Assembly (NCBI GenBank): GCA_965153285.1
Contig: OZ229118.1
Reading direction: 5' to 3' (one strand)
DNA: 64,000 nt
Source of the DNA: Podarcis tiliguerta
Lineage: Eukaryota
Part shown: positions 51,136-62,085 of the stretch, in pieces
How the letters are laid out: every line of letters starts with the position of its first letter
How positions within the stretch are numbered: the first letter of the stretch is position 1
The notes under the pieces: generated by a model
Database searches by the model: none
What the model was told of the DNA's origin: nothing
Seen by the model: the letters and a program-made list of their open reading frames with translations, nothing else
Translations under genes and position numbers: made by a program

Positions 51136-52901
51136 CATTAGTCAAGAATGTATTTTACAACACAATCCTAACTCACAAGTAAGTCCAATGGAATTCAATC
51201 ATGCTTACTCCCTGGTAAATGGTGTTAGGCATATATATATATATATATATCATTAAATATTACAGCATTGTCCAATGTGAGGCTCTAAATATAATTGAAA
51301 ACACCTTATATCAAAGGAATGATAATAAGAAACTTCCAATTATTATTAAGAGTCTACCCTTCATAAGAATTATCGTTTCCTCCAAGAACAATTTTGCCCA
51401 TGTATGGGACCCACAACAAGAAAAGTGTTTTCTCTTCCAATCAGTTCATTGAACAGATAAAACAGCAATTGCGGTTTTACAAGTGTTCTGCCAAAGGGGT
51501 GAAGGTCTATCATGATTGGTAACTGTTCTCCCACATCTCTGGCTGGGGTTTTTTGTAGGCCTGCTAAATGAAGTCCTTCTAGGTAGAGATTTCCAAGATT
51601 GAGATGGACCTCATGTGCTCTACCAGGGAGCTATGGCCTTTCCTTGATCTTCTATAGCAAGTGAGCCAACGGCGCTGGAGGAATTGTACATCTGATGGTT
51701 GCTCTTAGAGAACACTGTAAGGGGAAATGATTTTAGGTCGATTAGGCAGTGTCATTCTAAATAGTCATCTTGTTTGCCATTAGGAAATATTTAAAATGGC
51801 AGTGTTCCACTGAGACTACTAAGCAACGGTGGTTAAAACATGCAATTAATCTTTCACCAAGCAGGAAATAATGGGCTATGTGTCCCCAGGGGCACAAGGA
51901 GTTGTAAGGAAACTGTCTCAAATGATGAAGAAATTCAGCCACGCTGGCAAATGGGCTCATGTGTTGGAGTCTGGGGCAGTATCTGTACTTCTCTCCTTCT
52001 TTGGAGTATCAATTCTTATGTAGCCAAACATTCAAGCTCATGATGAACAGAGCTCAGTGGATTAGAACTTCCTTCTCAAACTGCTATCTTTTTGCCCAGT
52101 AGTTGACTCAGTTCAGCTCATTCAAGTTTCAGCCACAATGTAGAACAAGCAACATCTCTTGGAAGATCACACTAGTGCTGGTTTTACCAGTGGGAAGAAA
52201 CAACATGAAGTGTGGAGGGCATGTTGCATTGCACAATGTTCCCTCAGTGATAGATCACATGTGTAAGTGCAACATGAGTAGATTTTGTAGGTTTCTTATG
52301 TGTGTTTTTTAAGTTATATGTGCACACATAATGATGTACTATGAAAGCCTATGCCTGTCTAATCAGTTCAGTTCAATGGGATTTTCTCACACTTACCTGG
52401 GAGTATTTATCATTGAAGACAATAGAATTTATTTCTGCGTAAACATGCACAGGATTATGCTGTTAGATTTGAGCCGAAGGGCTCAAAAAATCTCACCACA
52501 CACCCGAAAGTTGGTGTACGAAAATTGTTTAGAAAGGCTCCAACCATATGCAGAGTAATACACGAGCAGCCATCCCTCCTTTTCTTTTCCTGTATTTTGA
52601 AAAGAAGCTTACTGCATTCAAGCCATATTGCAAAAATAATCCTGCTCCCCAGTAATCTGGAATTATTTATTTATTTGAAGTGCCTTTAGCCTACTCCTTA
52701 GCTGAAAGGACTCCCAGAGCAGTTTACAAAGATCAGCGGTAAGTCCCTGTCTTCATGGTTGACAATCAAAAACATTATCAGCTTACCATCATAAGAAATA
52801 AGAATTGGATTTTTAATTGCAGGACGTGGGAAAATCTTGCCAAGAAGGGAACACAATTCTTAGGCTATAAAAGTTTTCTCATCGTTGTATTGCAGTCTTA
52901 A

Positions 52902-53445
52902 TGTCAGGAGTCGGCGTCAGGAGTAGTTCAGCAATAAAAACCCCAGTGTCAGTGAAGTTAACTCTTTATTCAAAGAAAGCAAAACAGCACAGGCCTACTG
53001 ATCACAGCAGCTCTTCCCAGTAGGTCTTGCAAGGCAGTTGCAAGGACTGAAGGGCTCTGCCTTGTCATCACTCTCTAAGGGTCCTTCCCCAGTTCCTTCT
53101 TCAGCAACCTGAGACTCCATTGTCTTGTCTGTCATTGCTCTGCCCTGTTCATTTCTCTCTGTGTTCTGGGAGACTGGGGGGGGGGGGGGGGAGAGCTGCC
53201 TGCCTCATCTCTGTCTCCTGGCCCCTCTCCTCTCTTGTCACTGAATCTGGACTGCTCTCTGCTCACGAAACTCTGTTGCTTCTTCATTTTCTGACACCTG
53301 CTCCTCCCAGTCTGCTCCCTCTGACCATTCATCATTGTCCCACCACCAGTCCCCTGGCTCTGAGTCTTCTTCTCCCGGGGGTTCCCTTGGGGGTTTCCCC
53401 GCTGGTGCCTCCCATCCCTCCTTGGCATCCAGCCAGTCCGTGACA
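52902..53445 (-). mobile_element. Solo LTR, same family as LTR-A (LTR-C)
   Basis: TGTCA...TGACA termini; minus-strand AATAAAGAGTTAACTTCA; frame VTDWLDAKEGWEAP...DWWWDNDEWSEG. The TSD is imperfect (TTAA/TTAC). Confidence 0.82.
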
Positions 53446-55941
53446 TTACCACTGGTGGTTCCAATGAATCCCATGCTGCATTCAAACATTTTATTCTAGA
53501 ATCAATGAAAAGCGCTTCTTGAGAAAATGGTTTCATTTGAGAGCTGTAACCCTGGAGAACTGCTACCAGTCACTGTAGGTCAGTCACTGTAGGTCACCTG
53601 TGGTCCTCCTGATGTTGCTAGACTACATTTCATTCTTGACCATTGGCCATTCTAGCATGGGCTAATGGGAGCTGACATTCAACATCCTCTAAGAGCCACA
53701 GGTTTCCCACCTCTAGTATAGAAAACACCAAGCCAGGTGGACTTAGTCTGACTTGTTATAATGCAGCTTCCTGCTGTCCTATCACTTTTTCATCAAGCAT
53801 TCAATTAAGCTCAATGGGTCTATTCCAATGAAATGTGCATAGGATGTCAGCCTGATAATTTATCAGGGTTTCGTTAGAATCATTTTTCCCCCTAGAAGTG
53901 AATAAAGAACATTTTGAAGCATGGCTTAGAGGCAGCACATAATCACTAATGGCTCTCTATTCTTTCAAACTATTTAAGAGCGCAAACCGAGGGAGTGAGG
54001 CTTGTTAACTTCAGAGTTAATGAGACTAGCTTTCTAAGGGCTTTTGTTGATTTATTATTACCATACACGTAAACTATGTAGCTACTGGTGCTTGTCATTT
54101 ACATACCGTTAGAGAGACAATTCCTTCTGGTTTTATGGTAGTACCATAAATCAAGTGAAAGCCAAAAGGACAACAAGGCAGATAACAATGGAATTTGAAA
54201 GATAATTTAAGTAAGTTCTTGTAAAAACTAACAAGCTGGTGACCTTCTGGGACTTTACCTTCTCTTGACCCATCACCTTCCAGAGAGATAAACAATTCTA
54301 AACAGTAGATAATAACTGGACATGAGTCAGTACAAGTCGTACAACCTATACATCATTGAATTACACAGTTCAGATAGGTTATCCAACTTGTCCTCAAGGA
54401 AGTAGATGGGAAATCATTCTGCTAAATGATTCAAAGACTAAAATATTTTAAGTGGTAGAAAATGGAGGAACAAAATGCAACAGCAAAAGGGGGTATCTGT
54501 TATTTCTAAATCCACCATCTTTAATAATAATAGCAAAGTACATGTGATGTTCAATGTGTCTTTGCACCTAACATGCACATTTTTTTAAAAAAAGAAATGC
54601 ATATGGCATAATCTGGGTGGCTGAAAATTAATAGAATCAGAGTAGGTGCTGATGGTCGACGTAACCTGTTCTTCCCTGTTGCTTGTGTTACTGAGGAAAA
54701 TCTTTCCCCCGAAGCTAGCACTTGCATTGTGTTTGGGGTGCAAAACTCTCAAGAACTACATCTCCCAAACTTTCCCCATATCTTGGCATGCTGTTACCTG
54801 GCATGTCAGAGTAATGGGAAGGAGAAAAGGAAAGGAAAAATACCTTACTCCTTGCTTCCACTGCTACTTTTACTGCAGGATAGGAATAGTTTTGAGAGAA
54901 GGGAAAGGTGGCACATATGGGGAGATCAAAGAAAATTACACTAAAATACATCATTTATTGCAGTTCAGTAAAACGTTTGAATAGACTCATTAGTGTGAAA
55001 ATCCAGAGGTTGATGGGACTATGTTCATGGCATAGTTTGGGGTTGTTGTTTTTTCAATCACCTAACCAATTATGTATATATTTCATACAATGTCTAGCAT
55101 GTTACTGTACGGTATGTCTATTAAAGATGGCATTTAAAAGTAAATGAATTCACCAATATTGATTCAGAGCAGCACATCTAAATCTGAGCAGGTCATGAAC
55201 TTTCCCAAGTGTTGCAAGTTACCTAGACACCCACTGAACTAATAAATCCTCATGGAACCCAATCACCGTGTTTGTATGTTTGAAGCTACATGACCCCGGC
55301 TGCATCTTATGCCGAAAGCTATAAAATTGCCTATGTTTACCATGCAGATGTTAAGGTATTAACAACAGGCCATTTACAAGCCCCAAGTGAATGTAAAAGC
55401 CTTTGTTTGCATGCGCTGAACACTTGATACCACAGCAGCTGCCAAGCACAATCTGTAAGAAGCTTAGACCATCACCGACACCAAGCGCTAGAAGGCCCAT
55501 TCTTAGCTCAGGGATCAATACTGATGTAATGGGCCTCATGACTTTGCACTTGCATTAGAGACCTTTTCTGCAAGTCTGCTTTCTAACAGACAAAAGAGGA
55601 AAGGAACAGACGGCTTTTCCATGTCATATCACACAACCTTTCTGCTCAGAGAAAAAGAGTGTGTCAATCAATATGTTGCTTTCGGCTGCCTGGCAGATAT
55701 GCACACTTCAATTTTTAATAGGCTTCTGACAGAGGCACATCTGGTCTCCTCATCCGAGAAGAAACTGTGACTGGCAGGCTGCCTTTTCCTTAAAGGCTTC
55801 TCCTTTATGAAAGGGCACAAGCTCAAGGAAGACAGGAAGATTCCAACTCATAAGAACATTTAGGTTTCACTGCCCTCCAAAAATATTGAGCAATGATGAA
55901 GACTTAATAACTAAATGACCAGGCAGATTCCCCTTCCCTAT

Positions 55942-55954
55942 ACACATGCGCGCT

Positions 55955-55990
<36 letters not shown>
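55942..55990. repeat. Alternating purine-pyrimidine tract (CG)n(CA)n, Z-DNA-prone
   Basis: Read directly from the sequence. Confidence 0.85.
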
Positions 55991-55992
<2 letters not shown>

Positions 55993-56361
55993 TATTGGCC
56001 AGAAAATATGGGATAATATTGGACATTATAGTTATTAGTCTCAAGACACTGGGAATTTGACTAAAAATCTTCCACAGCTATTCCTGGTATTTATCAGACA
56101 CCTAGGTGGAATCTACACACATATTTAAAAAATGCTTTTTAAATTTTTTTTGAAAAATACATTGAATTTTGCATAGCTCACTGTCGCACTCCTGCTTCAA
56201 ACCTTACATGAGAGCAATGAGTGAACAGAACTATGGTTTTACAACTATATAGAACATGCTCAGCAGCCAGTCTGCAGTGCCTTGCCTTGTACACCACTGG
56301 TTCTCTGGTCTTTTAATAAACAGGTAAATCATATTCTGTACCATCAGTGGAGATCTATGGA

Positions 56362-56462
56362 GTTAAAACACAGGCTGCTGCACATTGAATCAGATGAAAC
56401 TTCTGAGTAGGTTCCAAGGGTAGTCCTACATACTGTGCATTGTAGCAGTCTAGGCTTCAGCT
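56362..56462 (-). mobile_element. Degenerate L2 RT C-terminal fragment; probably continues at about 57195-57240 beyond the ULK2 insert
   Basis: The minus strand reads SLDCYNAQYVGLPLEPTQKFHLIQCAAACVLT, matching the L2 motif SRLDYCNALYVGLP..QKLQLVQNAAA. The upstream piece reads VVSITKSAF. Confidence 0.7.
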
Positions 56463-56465
56463 ATT

Positions 56466-56931
56466 TGCTTTCATAGGACCAGCTGCTCAACTTGCCCCCC
56501 AGTCTTTGCTCAGCTGGCTGATCTGATCCACTACCACACTCTCCTGGATCTGATAGACAGACACCGCTGAGGAGCAGAGCTCAGGGTTTCCGCTTCGGAC
56601 AGCAGTCAGGTCCAGGAAACACTCTGTGAAAGCCAGCATCAAGTTCAGGTGGTGCAGGGTATCTGTGTGCTCCCTCTCTATCAAAGTCTCTTCCAGCAGT
56701 TCTGGGGCCTTAAAGGTGATAAAACCCTCTAAGCTTGGAGGTGAAGTGCCATAAGGCACGTACTTCAGGCATGGAGCCGCCTCTGCTCCGGGGGGAGAGG
56801 AGCCCATGTAAATACCAGGAGGGGAGCCCATGAGGACCCGGCCGCTGGTAGAACACAGAGACCCTCCAGGGCTGTTGGAGCCGACAGATGTTGTCCGAGC
56901 TCTGAGGACCATGTGGGTGCAGGTTGGAGGG
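56466..56931 (-). pseudogene. ULK2: Processed (intronless) ULK2 mRNA fragment: end of the Pro/Ser region and start of the C-terminal EAT/MIT domain
   Basis: [16 protein letters not shown]...[54 protein letters not shown]...[19 protein letters not shown], then a +1 frameshift and QVEQLVL..MKA. It matches vertebrate ULK2 and shows no splice signals. Confidence 0.9.
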
Positions 56932-56940
56932 TTTCATGTA

Positions 56941-57189
56941 CAGTTGTACCTTGGATCCCAAACACCTTGCGACTTGAACATTTGGCTCCCAAACACCGCA
57001 AACCTGGAAGTGAGTGTTCCAGTTTGTGAACCTTCTTTGGAACCTGAACGTCCACTGCAACTTCTGTGGCTTCCAATTGGCTGCAGGAGCTTCCTGCAGC
57101 TAATCGGAAGCTGCACCTTGGTTTCTGAACATTTTGGAAGTCGAACAGACTTCCGGAATGGATTCTGTTCAACTTCCAAGGTACCACTG
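56941..57189. mobile_element. Tc1/pogo-type MITE
   Basis: TA TSD; TIR CAGTTGTACCTTGGA / TCCAAGGTACCACTG. Confidence 0.88.
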
Positions 57190-58973
57190 TACTTGCTCCG
57201 AAGGCTGACTTTGTTATGCTGACCACCTCTCAGCTGGAAATTTCAGTGAATTACTAAACTGCAGTAAGCCAACTCTCCAATTGTAGTATCCTAAACAAAA
57301 AACTACATTACATAGCACTCTTTTTATTAACAGTGCATCAACTTACAAATAAACCTTCTGTTTGCCTCCCATACATAATCTCCTCTGTGTAAGCTCTGTT
57401 CTTTTCAAACCACCAGCGTCAGTATTGTGGCATGTGGAGCTGCTATCTATTCTATTCTATCTGGGTTTCCACGAACATTGCTGCTGCTAAATGGAGTTCA
57501 GTTGAAACTGTAATGCTGACCAGCATGGCTTATGTGATTAATAATATTGTGCTGGAATACTGCTTATCCACCGATAAATCTTCATGGTAGTCTCTAGATC
57601 ATTTGGTGCATTTCTTTTTCTCTTGCACTGAGCATTCAAGTAAGCTAGTGGATGCAAAAAAAAAGAGGTTACAAAGAACTCTTTATCGAGCAGAATAGAA
57701 AAATGCCCAATTCACCATTGTGCAGAGAATAAAACCCTTTTCATGCAACAACTGCGTGTAGAGTCGACATGTGGAGGGCAAGCAGAATCATACTCTTGAG
57801 TAGGAATGGGCCAATTTGTCAATTTCAGTTTTTCATTTTCTCAGTCTTAAACTCAGTCCACATTTCTATAGCAATTTGTACACTTTACAAAAAAAAAAAA
57901 AAAAAAAAAAAAAACCAAAAAAACCAACACCTCATGAAAATCCAGCAGTATTTTAGTGTGATTTTTTTTCATAACAGATGATATTGTGTTGCATTTTAAG
58001 GGTTCTTACAGATTTAGCTATTTAGCTATTTTAACCATTTTTCAAAATTATTTTTGTATTTTCTGGTTAGGTGCCCTGGGCTCCTATGGCAGGAAGATTA
58101 AAAAAACACAATGAACCATTAAAAAAAATACTGGCGTAGCGAGTGCTGAGCAAGCCACTGCTCTGTGCCACATACTGAAATGGGCCTCATTATTTCATTT
58201 AGCATATTATTATTACAGCCAGTTCTGTAAATGTTAGTCAGCAGTGGATACCTGTCACACAACCAACAAAACCTGCAGCTATCCAGCTGAAAGTTGTCTC
58301 ACAGCTGTGATCCTGAATTTATGATTATTGCTTTTGGTCTTTTAAAGGTAACCAAAAGCAAAGCACTGGGCTCCTGTAGTGTCACAGAAGAAGACATTTG
58401 GGCAGATGCCGTTCTGAACACCTCAATGAAAAGTAACACCTTTGCAATTTCCTCTTCTGTATAACTGTTACAGATACAAGAGCCTTCCTTCACATTTGGT
58501 TTTCTTTCAGATCTGACTACTGTAGTCAAGTTTCCTTTGGATGGGAAAAAACCTATTCACTCAAGTGTTTGCAAAGACTAAAGCAGCATCAATATAAACC
58601 TTAGCATAATGTCACATGTTCTAGACTGTGCTAGCTTGTTTGTGATGGAAATACACTTTAGATGTGCTCAAAGGTCCTCTTTCCTTTATTCTTATTTCAC
58701 AGAATGATAAAGGGCCAAACTTATGGGTTCCAAGGCTTAGTCTGTTGGGTCAACCTAAGCTCTGCTTCCAGCAAGCCCCAATATGCCCCACATTTCAGTC
58801 CTCTGCTAGAAGAATCTAATCACTCCAGTTTTATTAAGTAACTTTAGTAGAGTAGCAGTAGGGAACTTTGTAGTTCAGCTCCCTTGACAATTACTGCCAT
58901 AAAAAAGACATTCTTCTCACAAAGAGCCACAGGTGCACTTAATATTGTACAGCTTTGACTGTGTGGCTGGCAG

Positions 58974-58990
58974 CCAATGACCTTTGACCT
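58974..58990. promoter_or_regulatory. Consensus nuclear-receptor DR1 site (TGACCTTTGACCT) overlapping a CCAAT box
   Basis: Exact AGGTCA-A-AGGTCA on the minus strand, in unique sequence. Motif only; no functional evidence. Confidence 0.4.
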
Positions 58991-61016
58991 TCAGTTAATG
59001 CTTCTTGAAGACGTGCCTGGAGACTTGCGCCTGGTGTTCGTCAAGGCTTTGAGGAGTGCCCAGTGACAAGTCGCCAAATTTTGGTCCGTGCTGGCCTGAA
59101 GATTCTGACTCCGATTTCTGCCAATAGATTTATTTAGAGCCCATTATGTTTTTGCAAGCCTCCTGAGTGCATGAGATAGCATGGAACAAAGGGCAGCTAG
59201 GACTGTCTAGGGGAAAATCCAATGGGTTTGGCAGTGGCAAATGGCATCCTCCGCACAGCTGAATCCTTTCTACCTGGACCTATGCTACAAAATGACAAGT
59301 TGGCTGCTTTTTGTTTGGACCCAGCTAACACAGAGAGAATAATATTTCTTTCACCTGGAGCACAGATACAGCACATTGTGTACAGATTTACGCCATGTAT
59401 ATGGATGGGAACTGGAATTGTGTGTGTGCTTGTTTTGTTGTTTGATTGCCCAGAGTGAGAGTTTGGCTTGTAATTTTTTGAGGGTTCTAAAGCTGCTTAA
59501 TCCCATTTATTGTGAGAGACCGAACTGGCACAGAGTAAGACCCTACCTGAGTGGGAGATGAGAAGGGAGTGGTTTATGTTTACATGATATGGTGTTGCCC
59601 TAGATGGAGGTGGAAGAGCCCATTGTAAACTATGCTTCATGCTATCGGGAATTTCCTTTAAATCACACACAGCTTTACTGCAGTCCATAGACCCCAAATA
59701 CACAGTACATCAATGGTATATATCAATGGTTATTGAGGTATAATCAAGGGTTAAATCGAGGGTTGATCCAGCCAGGTTGATCATTATGTCCCTGCAACCC
59801 TTGGACCGGCTTTGACAGGCAGGTGCGGCTGCCCACCTGTCAATCACCTGACACCATCTGACATATTTGGAAAAAGCGGATTTGTTGTGCAAGGCATCCC
59901 ACGCAACTATAACTGTGCAATATGCTTATTTATTTATCAGATTTTCTATACTTCCTCCAAGGATCACAGGATGGTTTTAAATATAACAACACAAAAATTA
60001 CAGTATGTGATTGAATGTGAATTGGAACATAGCAACAGGCTGGAAGTACCCATAGACTAACCTTCATGTAAGCTTTGTGCTGGCAAATGAGGATGAATAC
60101 TCTAGAAGCAGCTCATTTGGACAAACCCTATGTGTACAATTTGCAATGGTTTCTGTTTGATGGCCCACACTTGAGGACAGCCCACATGGTTGACATTAGG
60201 CAGAATGAGGTGTCTGCCTCAGGTGGCATAAAATAGGGGCAGGGCGGGGCAGTATACTGTTGAAGGACTGAGCTGTGTGTCCCACATAGCCTGCCCTGTC
60301 CCCCCTTTCCCACTCCAACCCCAAAGCTAGACTGTGCTCTCAGGTGTGGTGCAGGATGCTGCCACCAGTACTGAAAGTAAGAGTCAACTGCAAGTCAAGT
60401 CCATTTCTGTACAAGGCCTTTATTTATATATTTAATTCAGTTTATGAGTCACTTCCCATGAAACATCTCACAGTGATTTCACAATAATAATTAATAATTA
60501 TTATTTATAATAATAATTTTATTATTTGTATCCCACCCGTCTGACTGGGTTACCACAGCCACTCTGGGCCGTTTCTGAATAAAAACATCAGCAACAGAAA
60601 TATATATAATGATTTAAAAGAAATGGTGTGGGTGGGTGTTCCATCTTGCCTTTTACCTCAGGCAGAAAAATATACCGAGACAGCCCGTAATCTATTGTGG
60701 ATTAATTTTGCATGGCACCGAGCCTGTCAGTCATTCCCCCTGCCCCACCCATGCTGCTTTTTCAAGGGGGGTGGGCTGAGTGAGAAACATCTTGTCAACT
60801 TTCTTAAGCCTGCTTATCTACAGAAAGGTCAGGACACAATCTTGTCAAGATTTCTGGTGCAGGTGGTGCTTCCATGCCAAATGAACCATATTGCATTCTA
60901 CACTTTAGAAAATGTTCTGTTAGGATGACTTAAAAGCCAGCACCTTGTTAAGTGTTGTAAATAAAGAAACCATTTCAGTTATGCTTGGCCAGTCTGGAGT
61001 GGTTCAGGGAGATCAG

Positions 61017-61150
61017 NNNNNNNNNNNNNNNNNNNNNNNNNNNNNNNNNNNNNNNNNNNNNNNNNNNNNNNNNNNNNNNNNNNNNNNNNNNNNNNNNNNN
61101 NNNNNNNNNNNNNNNNNNNNNNNNNNNNNNNNNNNNNNNNNNNNNNNNNN
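61017..61150. other. Assembly gap (134 N)
   Basis: Run of N. Confidence 1.
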
Positions 61151-61485
61151 AAATGGACTCATATTGATCCTTGATTCTGCCTTGAGGGAAGGCAAGACTT
61201 CCCTTCCATTCCCGGATTCGGTGAAGTTCAGTGCAGAGATAGATATACAGAGAAATAGAGATATAAAATAGGGCCGTGTTCCAGCTGAATTTCAGATCTC
61301 AAGCCCTGGATTCAGCTGAGGTGACCGGAGGCAGCCCAGCTTGGCATGATCTGGGGCTATAAAAAGGGTGGCATTCAAAAGGGGGAATTTAACTATTGTT
61401 TTAAAGGGGCCAAGGCATGCGATGCACAAACTGAGCGCCTTTGCTTGCACAATCTGCTCCATTAATTTCAGAGAAGAGTGTAGAC

Positions 61486-61575
61486 CATAGCTGTCAACTT
61501 TTCCCTTTTCTTGCAAGGAATCCTATTTGGAATAAGGGAATTTCCCTTAAAAAAAGGGAAATGTTGACAGCTATG
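61486..61575. mobile_element. 90-bp hAT MITE
   Basis: TIR CATAGCTGTCAAC.TTTCCCTTTT; 8-bp TSD GTGTAGAC/TTGTAGAC. Confidence 0.88.
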
Positions 61576-62085
61576 TTGTAGACCCAAATGTGAATGTTTT
61601 TGAAATGAATGGGAGAACACCGAGTGATCCAGACCCAGTACTATTGCACTTAGGCCTTGCTTTGGGGCTTTCCATGGGCATCTGACTGTGCTACTCTGAA
61701 AACAGGATTCTAGGCTAGAGGGCACTTGGTCTGATCCAGCAGCGCTCTTATGTTCATAGGTTCCGTATATTGCCAAATGTGGAAAATGGAGCTTCACAAG
61801 TGCATGGGGCCATTTCATAAGCAGCAAGCTTTATTTGCATGCCCAGGACGCACAAGCCTATATCCACAGAGCACTTGACATATCACAGAAGTATGCAGAC
61901 ATTAATGATAGTGACATGGAGTCACTTTTACCCTATAACATGTACAATGGCAACATATTCCTTTTTATCATGTGTACATCACATATGGACCCTAGATCCT
62001 GGCATGTAATTTCAAGGTACACATGGAGTGACATCAGAACCATATAGGTGCCTCCAAGGCATAGGGACTCAGTCACAGACTACAT

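Noticed and set aside
56487-56912. A functional ULK2 gene exon
   Set aside because: It runs through expected exon junctions, has a frameshift and a small deletion after KDWG, lacks splice sites, and no other ULK2 exons are visible in the window.
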